A DNA stretch of 63,654 bases, filler included, from Octopus bimaculoides (GCF_001194135.2; 6 parts of 5 records of this genome joined end to end with filler, not necessarily neighbours in it), one strand, 5' to 3'; shown: positions 11,831 to 23,030, numbered from the whole stretch's first letter. Translations and numbers: made by a program. The notes: generated by a model not told the origin, from the sequence alone.

Positions 11831-12031
11831 GTTAGGGTTCGGGTTTTAGAGTTAGGGTTAGGGTTTTAGGGTTAGGGCTCGGGTTTTAGAGTTAGGGTTC
11901 GGGTTTTAGAGTTAGGGTTAGGGTTTGGCAAAAATACTCATAGCCCTAACCCTAACCCTAACCCTAAAACCCTAACCCTAACCCTAACTCTAAAACCCAA
12001 ACCCTAACCCGAAAACCCTAAAGCTAAAACC
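11831..12031. repeat. Head-to-head interstitial telomere-like arrays: (TTAGGG-variant)n, 17-bp spacer, (CCCTAA-variant)n
   Basis: G-rich arm 11831-11926 with a 20-bp higher-order unit GTTAGGGTT(A/C)GGGTTTTAG(A/G). Spacer GGCAAAAATACTCATAG. C-rich arm 11944-12031 contains the reverse complement of the same unit. Confidence 0.95.
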
Positions 12032-12372
12032 AGTACAAATGCACGAACGGTGTCATAAATAACTGTACCGCCGATAGTTGTTGTTGACAAACAACAGCAC
12101 TAATTTTATTCAAGGGAAAAGATCACATTACACCGCTAGAATGTCTTGTTTACATTCCACAGCAGTAATTGTTTCCACCTCAATAGACGTCAGTGATTGG
12201 TTGAAATTACCGAAATATGACAACTTTTAACATGAAATAACTTCGAATATAAAAATTTTTCTTTGTTCTATAAGACAAAATATACAAGTATATGAAGTTT
12301 TAAAGTGTTTCGGTAGAAAACACACTAAATAAAACATAAATAAAAAGTGGCGCCCGCCAAATCAGAAGATCC
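12032..12372. mobile_element. Unclassified element attached to the CCCTAA arm (possibly Helentron/HINE-like)
   Basis: CpG-retaining block with a sharp end (GGCGCCCGCCAAATCAGAAGATCC) wedged between two decayed LINE fragments. Class is inference only. Confidence 0.4.
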
Positions 12373-13060
12373 AAATGTAGTCAATCTGGCTTGTGTTCCC
12401 ACCAATCTGATAGGTGAGCAGGTGACTGGATGGTTTCCTGAAGTTAGTATTGCAGATCATTAAGTCATGTGCATCACAGAATTCAAGTAGCCTTGTTCCC
12501 TCCTCATTGTGGGCAACAGCTCCATAAGCCCCAATGCACCATAGAGGCCACTTAGATGCTGCTCAGCATGTCCATTAAAGTCACCAGCCATAAAGATACG
12601 GTCACTGTCATTTGTCATCAAGGCAATCTGCAAAAGGATGCCATAAAATGAAGTTCTTGTTCTTTTGGTAGTAGTCCCTGCTGTGGAGTGAAGGCAGAAA
12701 TAATAGTTGCTGAATTACTTTGCAGAACTAGTCTAATCATAAGTATCCTAACACTCACTCTGACTACCTCAGTCACCTTATCCACCAATTTCTTAGCAAG
12801 AAGTATACCCACACCACCAACCACATCACTATTGCCAACCCAGAAGATTTTATACCTATGCTCTTTGTCTGTGAGGAACCTAGCAGAAGCTCCCCTTCAC
12901 CTTATTTCTTATGGGTTTCCATTCTAGCATCTCACCAGTTACACCAAACCTACCTTTCAATTTGCCTATACTGAGTGTGTCAACTCTAAGTGTGTAGAAG
13001 AGGTGGCAAGAGAGAACAGGGAGATGGGGATGAAAAGAGACCGGTTTGCATGGATGTTTG
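12373..13060 (-). mobile_element. Degenerate RTE LINE 5' part (AP endonuclease)
   Basis: TLRVDTLSIGKLKGRFGVTGEMLEW and VGGVGILLAKKLVDKVTEVVRVSVRILMIRLVLQSNSATIISAFTPQ, typical RTE APE motifs, with frameshifts. Confidence 0.88.
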
Positions 13061-13128
13061 TCAACAGGTATATCATAGTAGTTTGTCTCTGCATCTAATT
13101 TATCTTTATTCATTTGCTTCACACTTGT

Positions 13129-13316
13129 TGCATCTACCAGAAGAGTGTGTGGTATAAAACCACTGTTCATACTTCCTGCATCTACCAGAATAGTGTGTGG
13201 TATACAACCACTGTTCATACTTCCTGCATCTACCAGAATAGTGTGTGGTATAAAACCACTGTTCATACTTCCTGCATCTACCAGAATAGTGTGTGGTATA
13301 CAACCACTGTTCATAC
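13129..13316. repeat. 48-bp minisatellite, 3.9 copies, alternating variants
   Basis: Units start at 13129, 13177, 13225 and 13273 (TGCATCTACCAGAATAGTGTGTGGTATA(A/C)AACCACTGTTCATACTTCC). The variable site alternates A,C,A,C. Confidence 0.97.
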
Positions 13317-13408
13317 AAAGGCAAATAATACTGATTAATTCACTGGTAAGTATATGTGTCTTTTTATCTGATGCAAATGTTCTAGCAATGCTTGTATATA
13401 TGCTTTTA

Positions 13409-13535
13409 TGCATGTATGCATGTATGTATGTATGTATGTATGTATGTATGTATGCATGTATGCATGCATGTATGTGTGTGTCTGTCTGTTTGCATGTATG
13501 TATATATGTATGTATGCATGTGTGTGTGTGTGTAT
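13409..13535. repeat. Compound (TATG)n/(TG)n microsatellite
   Basis: Direct reading of the sequence. Confidence 0.95.
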
Positions 13536-14028
13536 GCCATTCTTGTTTGCATGTATTATAGGATTTTTATCTTCATGTTTCCAAGACATAGGTTGCAATT
13601 AACTACAAAAGGTATTGTGATCTGCTTGTATTTTATTTCATATTTTTCTTTTTCTGTCTGGAAAGAAGTTCCCATGACCACTTTAGAGGCTCTCTGGGAC
13701 CCATAGATGGGAGGGAATGGAATATTTTCAAACTAGAGATCTGGCTTGAATGCTTGTAACAGAGTGAATTCCACTAAAGGTAACTAAGGATCACGCATTA
13801 CACTGAGAGGTGGATTAGATATAACGGTCATGTAGGCCAAAGTAGAATTTGAAATCAGAATGCCAAGAGCCATAACAAATATCATGAGGCATCTTCACCA
13901 ACATTTCAGCTAGTGTGGCACCCTCAACCTTTTAGCATTCAGATTTCTTTGTCAAATGTATTGCTTATTTATTCGTATTGTTTTGAATTACTCATGCATT
14001 ATCTTGTAGCTTCAAGATTCTACTAGTA

Positions 14029-14305
14029 TACTCTTTTACTCTCTTTTACTTGTTTCAGTCATTTGATTGTGGCCATGCTGGAACACCGCCTTTAGTCGAG
14101 CAAATCGACCCCAAGACTTATTCTTTGTAAGCCTAGTACTTATCCTATCAACTTCTTTCAGTTTCCATCTACCAAATCCACTCACAAGGCTTTGGTCGGC
14201 CCGAGGCTATAGTAGAAGACACTTGCCCAAGGTGCCACGCAGTGGGAATGAACCCGGAACCATGTGGTTGGTAAGCAAGCTACTTACCACACAGCCACTC
14301 CTACG
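14029..14305 (-). mobile_element. tRNA-derived SINE family A, internally deleted
   Basis: Matches the family A copies at 23031, 23921, 31265 and 59325 but lacks the central CA/TA region. Confidence 0.9.
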
Positions 14306-14310
14306 TGTAT

Positions 14311-14412
14311 CATCATCATCGTTTAACGTCCGCTTTCCATGCTAGCATGGGTTGGACGACTTGACTGAGGACTGGTGAAACCGGATGGCAACACCAGGCT
14401 CCAATCTAAATT
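14311..14412 (-). mobile_element. 5'-truncated RTE 3' end with (GAT)n tail
   Basis: Near-identical to the reverse complement of about 17020-17120. GTGTAT direct repeat at 14305-14310 and 14413-14418. Confidence 0.85.
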
Positions 14413-15730
14413 GTGTATGTTTATATATTTTTAGAATGACATATTAGAATAGGTGTGAAAGGTTGGATCTGGCCAGTTTTAACATGAAACAGACAGTCTG
14501 TTTAGGCCTGACATGGCCAGGTTAAATGCTAAAGGTTTAAATTTAATTTACTGAACTTGGAAGGTTGAATGGAAGGTAATATTTACTTCAGTGAGATTTG
14601 AACTCAGAATACAAGGTACCAGAATAAATGCTACAAGGCATTTTTGCCCAATACCCCAATGACTCTGTCAATTTGCTTAACTTTGTGTTGCTCATTGATA
14701 ATCTAGCTGCTCTAGATCATGTTAACTTAGTCTTCCATATGCTGTAGATATCTGCAAGACCTGTCTTTTCTTAAAGTTCATCAATTTTCTATAACTTGAT
14801 GTTTTGTGCCATTGAGACTGTTATAAAGGAAGGAAGTTTGAGGAAATTTCATCAATAAAAAATTTTGATGAATGCCTCTCTAACACCAGATGTCAAGTGA
14901 CGGAAAAGTACTATATCTTACGGCTTAAAAGACACATGAGTACCCCATTTCAGAAGTGCATATTCAGGAAAAAAAAGTTTTAGTGCATTAAAGAATGTGA
15001 TATTTAAAGCAGTTTAGTAGTGTATTACAAAACTTTACAAAAGTACTTAGCTATAACAGAAATAATACTGTATATAAAAGTGAACAGTGCAGCTGAACAT
15101 AGAGTATAAAATTACAATAGTGAAAATATCCTACACTAGCTTAAAAGCCACATTCTGTGTGAACTTTTAAAGTAGCTCCTGCAGAGGGCTAAATGAATCT
15201 GTGGCCCAAAACTAAAGAGAGCAATAATAATAAAGTATTTCTTATCCTACCAATATGGTATAACCGTACCAATATGCTATTACTTTAAATTCATTTAAAA
15301 TGAAAAACTTGTAAGTTGACAAATTTTTGTAGTTCTTTAAAATTAGAATTTTCAAACTGTTAGCAGATAACAAATCCTCATCCAGATCTGATCCCAATGC
15401 TGGATGTTCAAGAACCAAATGAAGGGAAGATTTTCAATCCTAGGATCCTCCTGATTCCAAAAAGGTATAATATGTCTATGTTGAGCAAATGTAGACTGCG
15501 ATACAAGGGTCCCAGATGGATGGGCAGACCAAATTTTGCATTTATTATTATTGATGATTACAGCAATAAAACATGAACATGAAAGAACAAAGCAGGTTAC
15601 ATTTTATGAAAAACAAGACTGCGCTAAAGTTGGGCATAAATCAAAACACAGTTACAAAAGCTTTAATCATCTTCAAAGCCAGAAAAAATCCTTATCATCA
15701 AATCCTATAAATTTGTCATCAATATTGTTG

Positions 15731-17125
15731 CGGAGTCACTATCAGAACTAGAGGAGAAGTTTCAGGTGTGGAAGCAAGGTCTAGAATTGAAGGGCCTTAG
15801 AGTCAACCCAGCTAAAACCAAAATCCTAATAAGTAGGAAGGTAGATAAAACACAAACCCCTTCAGGTAGATGGCCCTGCTCAGTATGTAGAAAAGGAGTA
15901 GGTAGTAACTCTATAAGATGTACCCGGTGCAAGCTACGGACACATAAGAGGTGCAGCAACATCAAAGGCAGGTTAACTAGCAAGTTAGTTTTTGTTTGTG
16001 GCAGATGTTCAGGTGCAATAAAGACTGTAAACAAACAGGAAACAACTTCTATCTCATTCCAGGNNNNNNNNNNNNNNNNNNNNNNNNNNNNNNNNNNNNN
16101 NNNNNNNNNNNNNNNNNNNNNNNNNNNNNNNNNNNNNNNNNNNNNNNNNNNNNNNNNNNNNNNNNNNNNNNNNNNNNNNNNNNNNNNNNNNNNNNNNNNN
16201 NNNNNNNNNNNNNNNNNNNNNNNNNNNNNNNNNNNNNNNNNNNNNNNNNNNNNNNNNNNNNNNNNNNNNNNNNNNNNNNNNNNNNNNNNNNNNNNNNNNN
16301 NNNNNNNNNNNNNNNNNNNNNNNNNNNNNNNNNNNNNNNNNNNNNNNNNNNNNNNNNNNNNNNNNNNNNNNNNNNNNNNNNNNNNNNNNNNNNNNNNNNN
16401 NNNNNNNNNNNNNNNNNNNNNNNNNNNNNNNNNNNNNNNNNNNNNNNNNNNNNNNNNNNNNNNNNNNNNNNNNNNNNNNNNNNNNNNNNNNNNNNNNNNN
16501 NNNNNNNNNNNNNNNNNNNNNNNNNNNNNNNNNNNNNNNNNNNNNNNNNNNNNNNNNNNNNNNNNNNNNNNNNNNNNNNNNNNNNNNNNNNNNNNNNNNN
16601 NNNNNNNNNNNNNNNNNNNNNNNNNNNNNNNNNNNNNNNNNNNNNNNNNNNNNNNNNNNNNNNNNNNNNNNNNNNNNNNNNNNNNNNNNNNNNNNNNNNN
16701 NNNNNNNNNNNNNNNNNNNNNNNNNNNNNNNNNNNNNNNNNNNNNNNNNNNNNNNNNNNNNNNNNNNNNNNNNNNNNNNNNNNNNNNNNNNNNNNNNNNN
16801 NNNNNNNNNNNNNNNNNNNNNNNNNNNNNNNNNNNNNNNNNNNNNNNNNNNNNNNNNNNNNNNNNNNNNNNNNNNNNNNNNNNNNNNNNNNNNNGGCACA
16901 TAATAGACACCATTTCGAGCGTCGCCGTTTTCGTGCGGGTGACACGTAAAAGCACCCACTACACTCTCTGAGTGGTTGGCGTTAGGAAGGGCATCCAGCT
17001 GTAGAAACTCTGCCAAATTAGATTGGAGCCTGGTGTTGCCATCCGGTTTCACCAGTCCTCAGTCAAATCGTCCAACCCATGCTAGCATGGAAAGCGGATG
17101 TTAAACGATGATGATGATGATGATG
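15731..17125 (+). mobile_element. Young 5'-truncated RTE LINE (RT C-terminus with C4HC3 finger, 3' UTR, (GAT)n tail), interrupted by a gap
   Basis: Open frame ESLSELEEKFQVWKQGLELKGLRVNPAKTKIL...CSVC...CTRC...HKRC...CGRC. The 3' UTR ends AACGATGATGAT. Candidate TSD ATTGTTG at 15724-15730 and 17126-17132. Confidence 0.92.
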
Positions 17126-17304
17126 ATTGTTGGTATCACTGGGCTAAATTTGATAGTTTGTATCAAAGGAAAAGAAAACAGAATAACCCATCCAAAAATA
17201 AAAGTATTTTAAAAAGACAATATCAACTAGATTCTGCTAGGAGACACTATTGCTTCAGGATGGCTCCAGAACCTGGTGCATGCATTCCATACTGTATCCC
17301 CTTA

Positions 17305-17687
17305 GAAGATCTTTGAACACTTCTTTGATCTTGGCCACTAACTCAGCTTAGGTGTTGCAGGCAGAGCACAGTTGGTGTCTTTTTCAACTGCATTCCTCAC
17401 ATAGTTATCCATTGGAATTCAATCAAGGGAATTAGGGAGCCAGGTATTGGAGACTGAAGTTATAGAAATTCTCTGATAACCACTTCTGACTCTTTCTGGA
17501 AGTATGGCAAGTAGCTGAATTCTGCTGTCACACACATGGCCTTCCAGCAGCAGAACTATGCAGCTCATGTTTGACCACAAACCCCACCAGCTTCACATAG
17601 CCATCTGAATTGAGCCTAAGGCCCTATTCAAAGGTGTGGTGTGGAATGACATCACCCTCACTGGAGACACATCGAAAGACCATCACA
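17305..17687 (-). pseudogene. Tc1/mariner-superfamily transposase catalytic-domain remnant
   Basis: Minus-strand translation VMVFRCVSSEGDVIPHHTFE*GLRLNSDGYVKL...AAGRPCV*QQNSATCHTSRKSQKWLSENF, then after a frameshift WLPNSLD*IPMDNY. These are decayed QQDxAPCH and WPPNSPDLNP motifs. Confidence 0.85.
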
Positions 17688-17692
17688 GTTTG

Positions 17693-17957
17693 TGTTATAT
17701 GGACTGTTAGATATGTAATTCGTCTGACGTTCCGTGTGTCATGTGGTTCGTCTGAGTTCATTGTTTCATTGTTGTTGTCTTGTGGGACTGTCGTAGTAAA
17801 ATGTCATTGATATATATATGGCGGACATGACTTTTGTTTATTCATAACGAACATTGGGTGAGTGCGTTCTTTGTATGTAATTGAACAATAAATGTAATAA
17901 TTAAATTGTATAACTCGTTATGTTATCTCTGCGAGTCAGTCCGAGGGAAACATAACA
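17693..17957 (+). mobile_element. Solo LTR (265 bp)
   Basis: TGTTAT...ATAACA inverted termini, perfect 5-bp TSD GTTTG (17688-17692 and 17958-17962), internal AATAAA near 17886. Confidence 0.88.
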
Positions 17958-17963
17958 GTTTGG

Positions 17964-18063
17964 NNNNNNNNNNNNNNNNNNNNNNNNNNNNNNNNNNNNN
18001 NNNNNNNTTAATTAATTAANNNNNNNNNNNNNNNNNNNNNNNNNNNNNNNNNNNNNNNNNNNN
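17964..18063. other. Synthetic assembly linker 44N-TTAATTAATTAA-44N
   Basis: Identical 100-bp structure recurs at 32020-32119, 37026-37125, 41703-41802 and 57729-57828. Confidence 0.95.
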
Positions 18064-18884
18064 ATATATATATATATATGCATAGCCACATGCATACATA
18101 CACACACGTTGCTCAACTATAAGAATGACACATGACGACTCCTTACTGAATTGAAAATTTTATTTTATTTATATTTTAGTTTTTTTCTCAGTTTCTTTCT
18201 CCTTCCACTGCCACCACCCCATCTAACAGTTGCTAAACAGTGTTTCAGTTTATAAGTGCTATGAAAACATGGTGATGGCTCAGTGATAGAGAATAAAATT
18301 TAAAGAACATTAAGACGGTGCATTGTTTGTGAGTTCTCCAAGCATTGAATTCAGAATGGAAAAGCTTCTCCTATTTGTGTTATGGAAGGCAATAAGTAAA
18401 ATAAGGATGGGTTGTGTGATGACTATTTCCTAAAACCACTCATTTATTGGCATTTGAAAGTGAAAAGAAGGAATATTTGGTTTTTTTAAAAATATTTTTC
18501 TTTTTTTTTTTTTGTAAAACACTTTATTGATGATTGGCTTAACCATCTTATGACGAGATATCTGATTAAATACACTACCCAATGTGTTTTAATTAATTTT
18601 CAAAATAATCAAAAAATTTGGCAGGATTTCATAAAATAACAATCCCACACATTGTTATCCTGAGACAGGACAGTCAATTGGCAGCATCATTAGAACATCA
18701 GAGAATGTTTTCCACTGTATTTCTTCCAGCTCTCTATGCCCTGAGTTCAAATTCCATGAATGTCAATTTTTCTGAGGTAAAAGAAAATTAAGTACCAGTC
18801 AAGTACTGATTAGATATAATCAGCAAACTCCCTCCATTCAAATTTATGGTTTGGCATAGGATGGTGAATTAGCAGTACGGTTAA

Positions 18885-19105
18885 CCCTTTCGTTACCAAC
18901 CTGGTTGAAACCAGCTCTGGCTCTTTAGTACAAATGTCTTGTTTTCATAAGTTTTGAATTAAAATCTTCCACAAACCTTAGTCACAATTTATGTTCCTAA
19001 CACAAGCTGAATGATAACTAAGTTATTTTACTAAATTCTTTGTTATATTTAAAATTAATTGAAAGAAACACAGAGCATCTCAAAATAAATACAGTAACGA
19101 AAGGG
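18885..19105. mobile_element. Complete piggyBac-like MITE, family P2
   Basis: Perfect TIR CCCTTTCGTTAC / GTAACGAAAGGG with TTAA at 18881-18884 and 19106-19109. Confidence 0.9.
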
Positions 19106-19115
19106 TTAAAGCACT

Positions 19116-19627
19116 TTAACCCTTCAGCATTTCAACCAACCATACCCAGCCAAAACATTCCATTTGTTTTATGTCCAAATTGACCAAATGCAGTCTCTTA
19201 CACCTGTCCTACAATGTCATACTGAAAGTAAACAATCCCATAATTAAAATCTCAAAGCTACAAGATAATACATGATTCATTGTAAACAATGTGAATAAAT
19301 AATAAATAAATGTGCCCTTTTAAAGCCTAGCCAGGCTCATGGGCCCGGTTTCCCGGTTTCAATGGCGTATGTGTTCCCCAGCTGGACGGGATGCCAGTCC
19401 ATCACAGCATTACTCATTTTTGCCAGCTGAGTGGACTGGAGCAACGTGAAATGAAGTGTTTTGTTCAAGAACACAATGCGTCGCCCGGTCCAGGAATCGA
19501 AATCACAATCTTATGATCATGGTGCTGACACCCTAACCACTAAGCCATGCACCTCCACATAAACAATGTGAATACATAAGCTTTATATTTGACAGAGTAA
19601 TCTGAATGTTGAATGCTAAAGGGTTAA
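19116..19627 (+). mobile_element. P1 piggyBac-like MITE containing a SINE insertion
   Basis: TTAACCCTTCAGCATT ... AATGCTAAAGGGTTAA termini, split at 19298-19559. Confidence 0.85.
19298..19559 (-). mobile_element. tRNA-derived SINE (B-type head, alternative body)
   Basis: Minus-strand head GTGGAGGTGCATGGCTTAGTGGTTAGG...GATTTCGATTCC. Perfect 15-bp TSD TAAACAATGTGAATA (19283-19297, 19560-19574). Confidence 0.92.
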
Positions 19628-20629
19628 GTTTCAATTTCAAATCCCATTGAGGACAACCTGGACTTTCATCCTTCTAGGGTTGATAAAATAACATACAAGA
19701 TAGATATTGTGGCCATGTGGTTCAGAAGTTCACCTTCCGATTGCATAGTTTCAGGTTCAGTTTCACAGCACAACACCTTGGGCAAGTAGTTTCTTGCGTA
19801 GTTCAGGGCCAGTCAGTGCCTTGTGAATAAATGTTAGATGGAAACTGTGTGGTAACCTCTTGTATATGTATGTATGTATGTATATATGTATGTATGTGTT
19901 TCTTCTCCCCACTCCTTGACAGCTAGTGTTGGTTTGCTTATGTCAATGTAACTTAGCAGTTCAGCAAAAGAAACTGATGGAATAAATATTAGACTTAAAA
20001 AGCAAGTACTGGTGTTGATTTGTTTGACTTAAATCCTTCACGGAAGTATCTCAGCATGGCCACAGTTCCATGACTGAAACAAGTAAATGCTAGAAGAAAA
20101 CACAGCCCATCACATTTCTAACCTTGTGCCTACATCTAGAACAATTATCAATCTGAGGGAAGTGAAGTGGATTAGCAATATTCTTAAATCTTCAAACCAC
20201 ATGCTTTGTAATATTCATTCCAGCACAAGGTTGTGAGTTGGCAGAATTGTTACCACACTGGACAAAATGCTTAGCAGTATTTCATGTCTTTGCATTCTGA
20301 GTTCAAATTCCACTGAGGTCAACTTTGCCTTTCATTCTTTCAGGGTCAATAAATTCCAGTTGAGCACTGGGAATGATATAATCAACTTACTCCTTCCTCT
20401 GAATTTGCTGGCCTTGTGCCATAATTTGAAACTAATATTTATTCCAGCACTTTATATTCTTAGATTAAATCTCGCAGAAATCAACTTGGCTTTCCATTTT
20501 TTTAAGTTTGTGTCCTTGAGACACTTATGTTGATTTGTTTGACTTAAATCTTAAATCTTAATCTAATGCAGGGGGTGATTAATTGGGTGTTATTAGAGTA
20601 TTAGATAAAATGTGTTGTAGTATTCATTT

Positions 20630-20946
20630 GTGGAGGCGCAATGGCCCAATGATTAGGGCAGCGGACTCGCAGTCGGAGGATCGCGGTTTTGATTCCCAGA
20701 CTGAGCGTTGTGAATGTTTATTGAGCGAAAACACCCAAAGCTCCATGAGACTCCGGCAGGGGGTGGTGGCGACCCCTCTTGTACTCTTTTGCTCCGACTT
20801 TCTCTCACTCTTTCTTCCTGTTTCTTGAGTAATGCTGCGATGGACTGGCGTCCCATCCAGCTGGAGGGAACACATACGCTATAGAAACTGAGAAACTGGG
20901 CCCATGACCTTGGCTAGGCTTTAAAAAGGGTGCATAAAAAATAAAA
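20630..20946 (+). mobile_element. Mosaic SINE: family B 5' half joined to the 3' half seen in 19298-19559
   Basis: Head matches 26703 and 42677. Tail GATGGACTGGCGTCCCATCCAGCT...GGCTAGGCTTTAAAAAGGG matches the reverse complement of about 19310-19410. TSD TAGTATTC(A/G)TT at 20618-20628 and 20947-20957. Confidence 0.88.
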
Positions 20947-21045
20947 TAGTATTCGTTCTAGTTCTTTTAATTTCTCAGTTCAAACCTTAACTTTTTTTTA
21001 TGCTTTCAGGGTCAATAGAATAAAGGTACATGTACCAGGGTTGAT

Positions 21046-21493
21046 TTAACTCTTTAGCATCCAGATTATTCTCACAAATATAGTGCTTATTTATTCACAT
21101 TATTTTGTATTAATCAAAGATGGTAAGCTGGCAGAATCATTAGCATGCCAGGCATAATGCTTAGTGGCATTTCGTCCATCCTTATGTTCTGAGTTCAAAT
21201 GCCACCGGGGTTGACTTTGCCTTTCATCCTTTTGGGGTTGATAAATTAAGTACCAGTAACACACTGGGTAGATGTAATCGGCTTACTCCTCCCCCAACAT
21301 TTCAGGCCTTGTGCCTGGAATAGAAAGGATTATTTTGTATTAATCATGCATTATTTTGAAATTTCAAGATTTGGATGTTTACTTTTAGAATAACATTGTA
21401 GAATAATTGTAAGAGGCCAGATCTGGTCAGTTTGACCATAAAACAGGTAGATACTTTGGCTGGATATGGCTGGTTTCAATGCTAAAGGGTTAA
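21046..21493 (-). mobile_element. P1 piggyBac-like MITE containing a family C SINE
   Basis: TTAACTCTTTAGCAT ... ATGCTAAAGGGTTAA termini, split at 21117-21328. Confidence 0.85.
21117..21328 (+). mobile_element. SINE family C
   Basis: GCTGGCAGAATC...CTTTGCCTTTCATCCTTT...GATAAATTAAGTACCAG body. Perfect 18-bp TSD ATTATTTTGTATTAATCA (21099-21116, 21329-21346). Confidence 0.92.
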
Positions 21494-21955
21494 CTGACTT
21501 TTCTCTTCTGCTAAATTTCTAACCTCATATTCTTTCTGTTAAAAATGATTATTAATCTGGTGTTTTGGAACTTAAAAAGAAATTCTTATATTAAAACCAA
21601 AAACCAAGACAAATGACTTTTATGAAATTTAAATTCTTATAACTTTTATCTTTTACTTGTTTCAGTCATTGGATTGCAGTCATGCTGGGGCACTGCTTTC
21701 AAGGGGTATATTTGACTAAAATCAATCCCAGCACTTATTTTTAAAGTCTGGTGCTTATTTTGTCAGTCTGTTTTGCCAAACTGTTAAGTTACAAGAATGT
21801 GAACAATCCTGTACCAGTTGTCAAAGTAATAAGACAAACACAAAGATGCACATATACAAAGAAACACTCATATATACACACACTCGCACACATACACACT
21901 CAAGCACATATCCACATACACACAAACATAAATACCAACACACACATATATATAC

Positions 21956-22026
<71 letters not shown>

Positions 22027-22029
22027 CAT

Positions 22030-22345
22030 ATATATATATAGCCTCAGGTCAACCAAAGCCTTGTGAGTGGATTTGGTAGATGGAAACTGAAAGAAGCCTG
22101 TCGTATATATGTATATATATATATGTGTGTGTGTATATGTTTATGTGTCTGTGTTTGTCCCCCCAACATCACTTGACAACCGATGGTGATGTGTTTACAT
22201 CCCCATAACTTAGCAGTTCGGCAAAAGATACCGATAGAATAAGTACTAGGCTTACAAAGAATAAATCCTGGGGTTGATTTACTCGACTAAAGGCGGTGCT
22301 CCAGCATGGCCACAGTCAAATGACTGAAACAAGTAAAAGAGAGTA
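22030..22345 (+). mobile_element. SINE family A, 5'-truncated
   Basis: Matches the body and tail of 23031-23438. Confidence 0.88.
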
Positions 22346-23030
22346 TATATATANNNNNNNNNNNNNNNNNNNNNNNNNNNNNNNNNNNNNNNNNNNNNNN
22401 NNNNNNNNNNNNNNNNNNNNNNNNNNNNNNNNNNNNNNNNNNNNNNNNNNNNNNNNNNNNNNNNNNNNNNNNNNNNNNNNNNNNNNNNNNNNNNNNNNNN
22501 NNNNACTTCCATACAGTTTCCATCTACCATATTCACTAACATAGGCCAGTTTGGGGTTAATGTAGAAGGTACTTGCCCAAGGTGCCATACAGTGGGACTG
22601 AACTCAATATCACATTTTGCAAAGCAAGCCTCTTAACCATGCCTGCAATTTAACTCCTCATAGTTTTGTATCTTAGAACCAGAAGCGGTCTGAGAAAGGT
22701 TGGCATACCATATCTATTCATGGATAGATCGCACATTTTTATCAAAATTTTCAATGAAAATCAGGGGTGTGACCTATCCACTCAACATCATAGGGATCTG
22801 AAGTAGACAGTGGTGTATCAGTAGTCCAGGTATGTACCCTGGACTCAAGCATAGACTGGGCCTGGGCTTTTGAATTTCCAAGTTGTTATGGAAGTATTTT
22901 TGTGATGTCTGTTTACTAGAAAGTGGAAACCGGAAGTTTGCACATTGGTCTTTTTGACAACATCGATTCAACCAGAATTTTAGTTTAAAAATTTTAATAA
23001 TCGCAAACCTTAATCATGAATCAAAGAAAG

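Larger units (their letters stand above)
13924..14540 (-). mobile_element. P1 piggyBac-like MITE split by a SINE and an RTE 3' fragment
   Basis: Reverse-orientation P1 halves at about 13924-14020 and 14415-14540 flank inserted retroposons. Termini are degenerate. Confidence 0.7.

Noticed and set aside
11831-12031. A true chromosome end
   Set aside because: Arrays are short, degenerate, inverted and embedded between LINE remnants.
13129-13316. CRISPR-like array
   Set aside because: Contiguous tandem units without unique spacers, eukaryotic context, no cas genes.
18008-18019. TTAATTAATTAA as a biological motif or piggyBac site
   Set aside because: Always centred in exactly 44+44 Ns; a synthetic linker.
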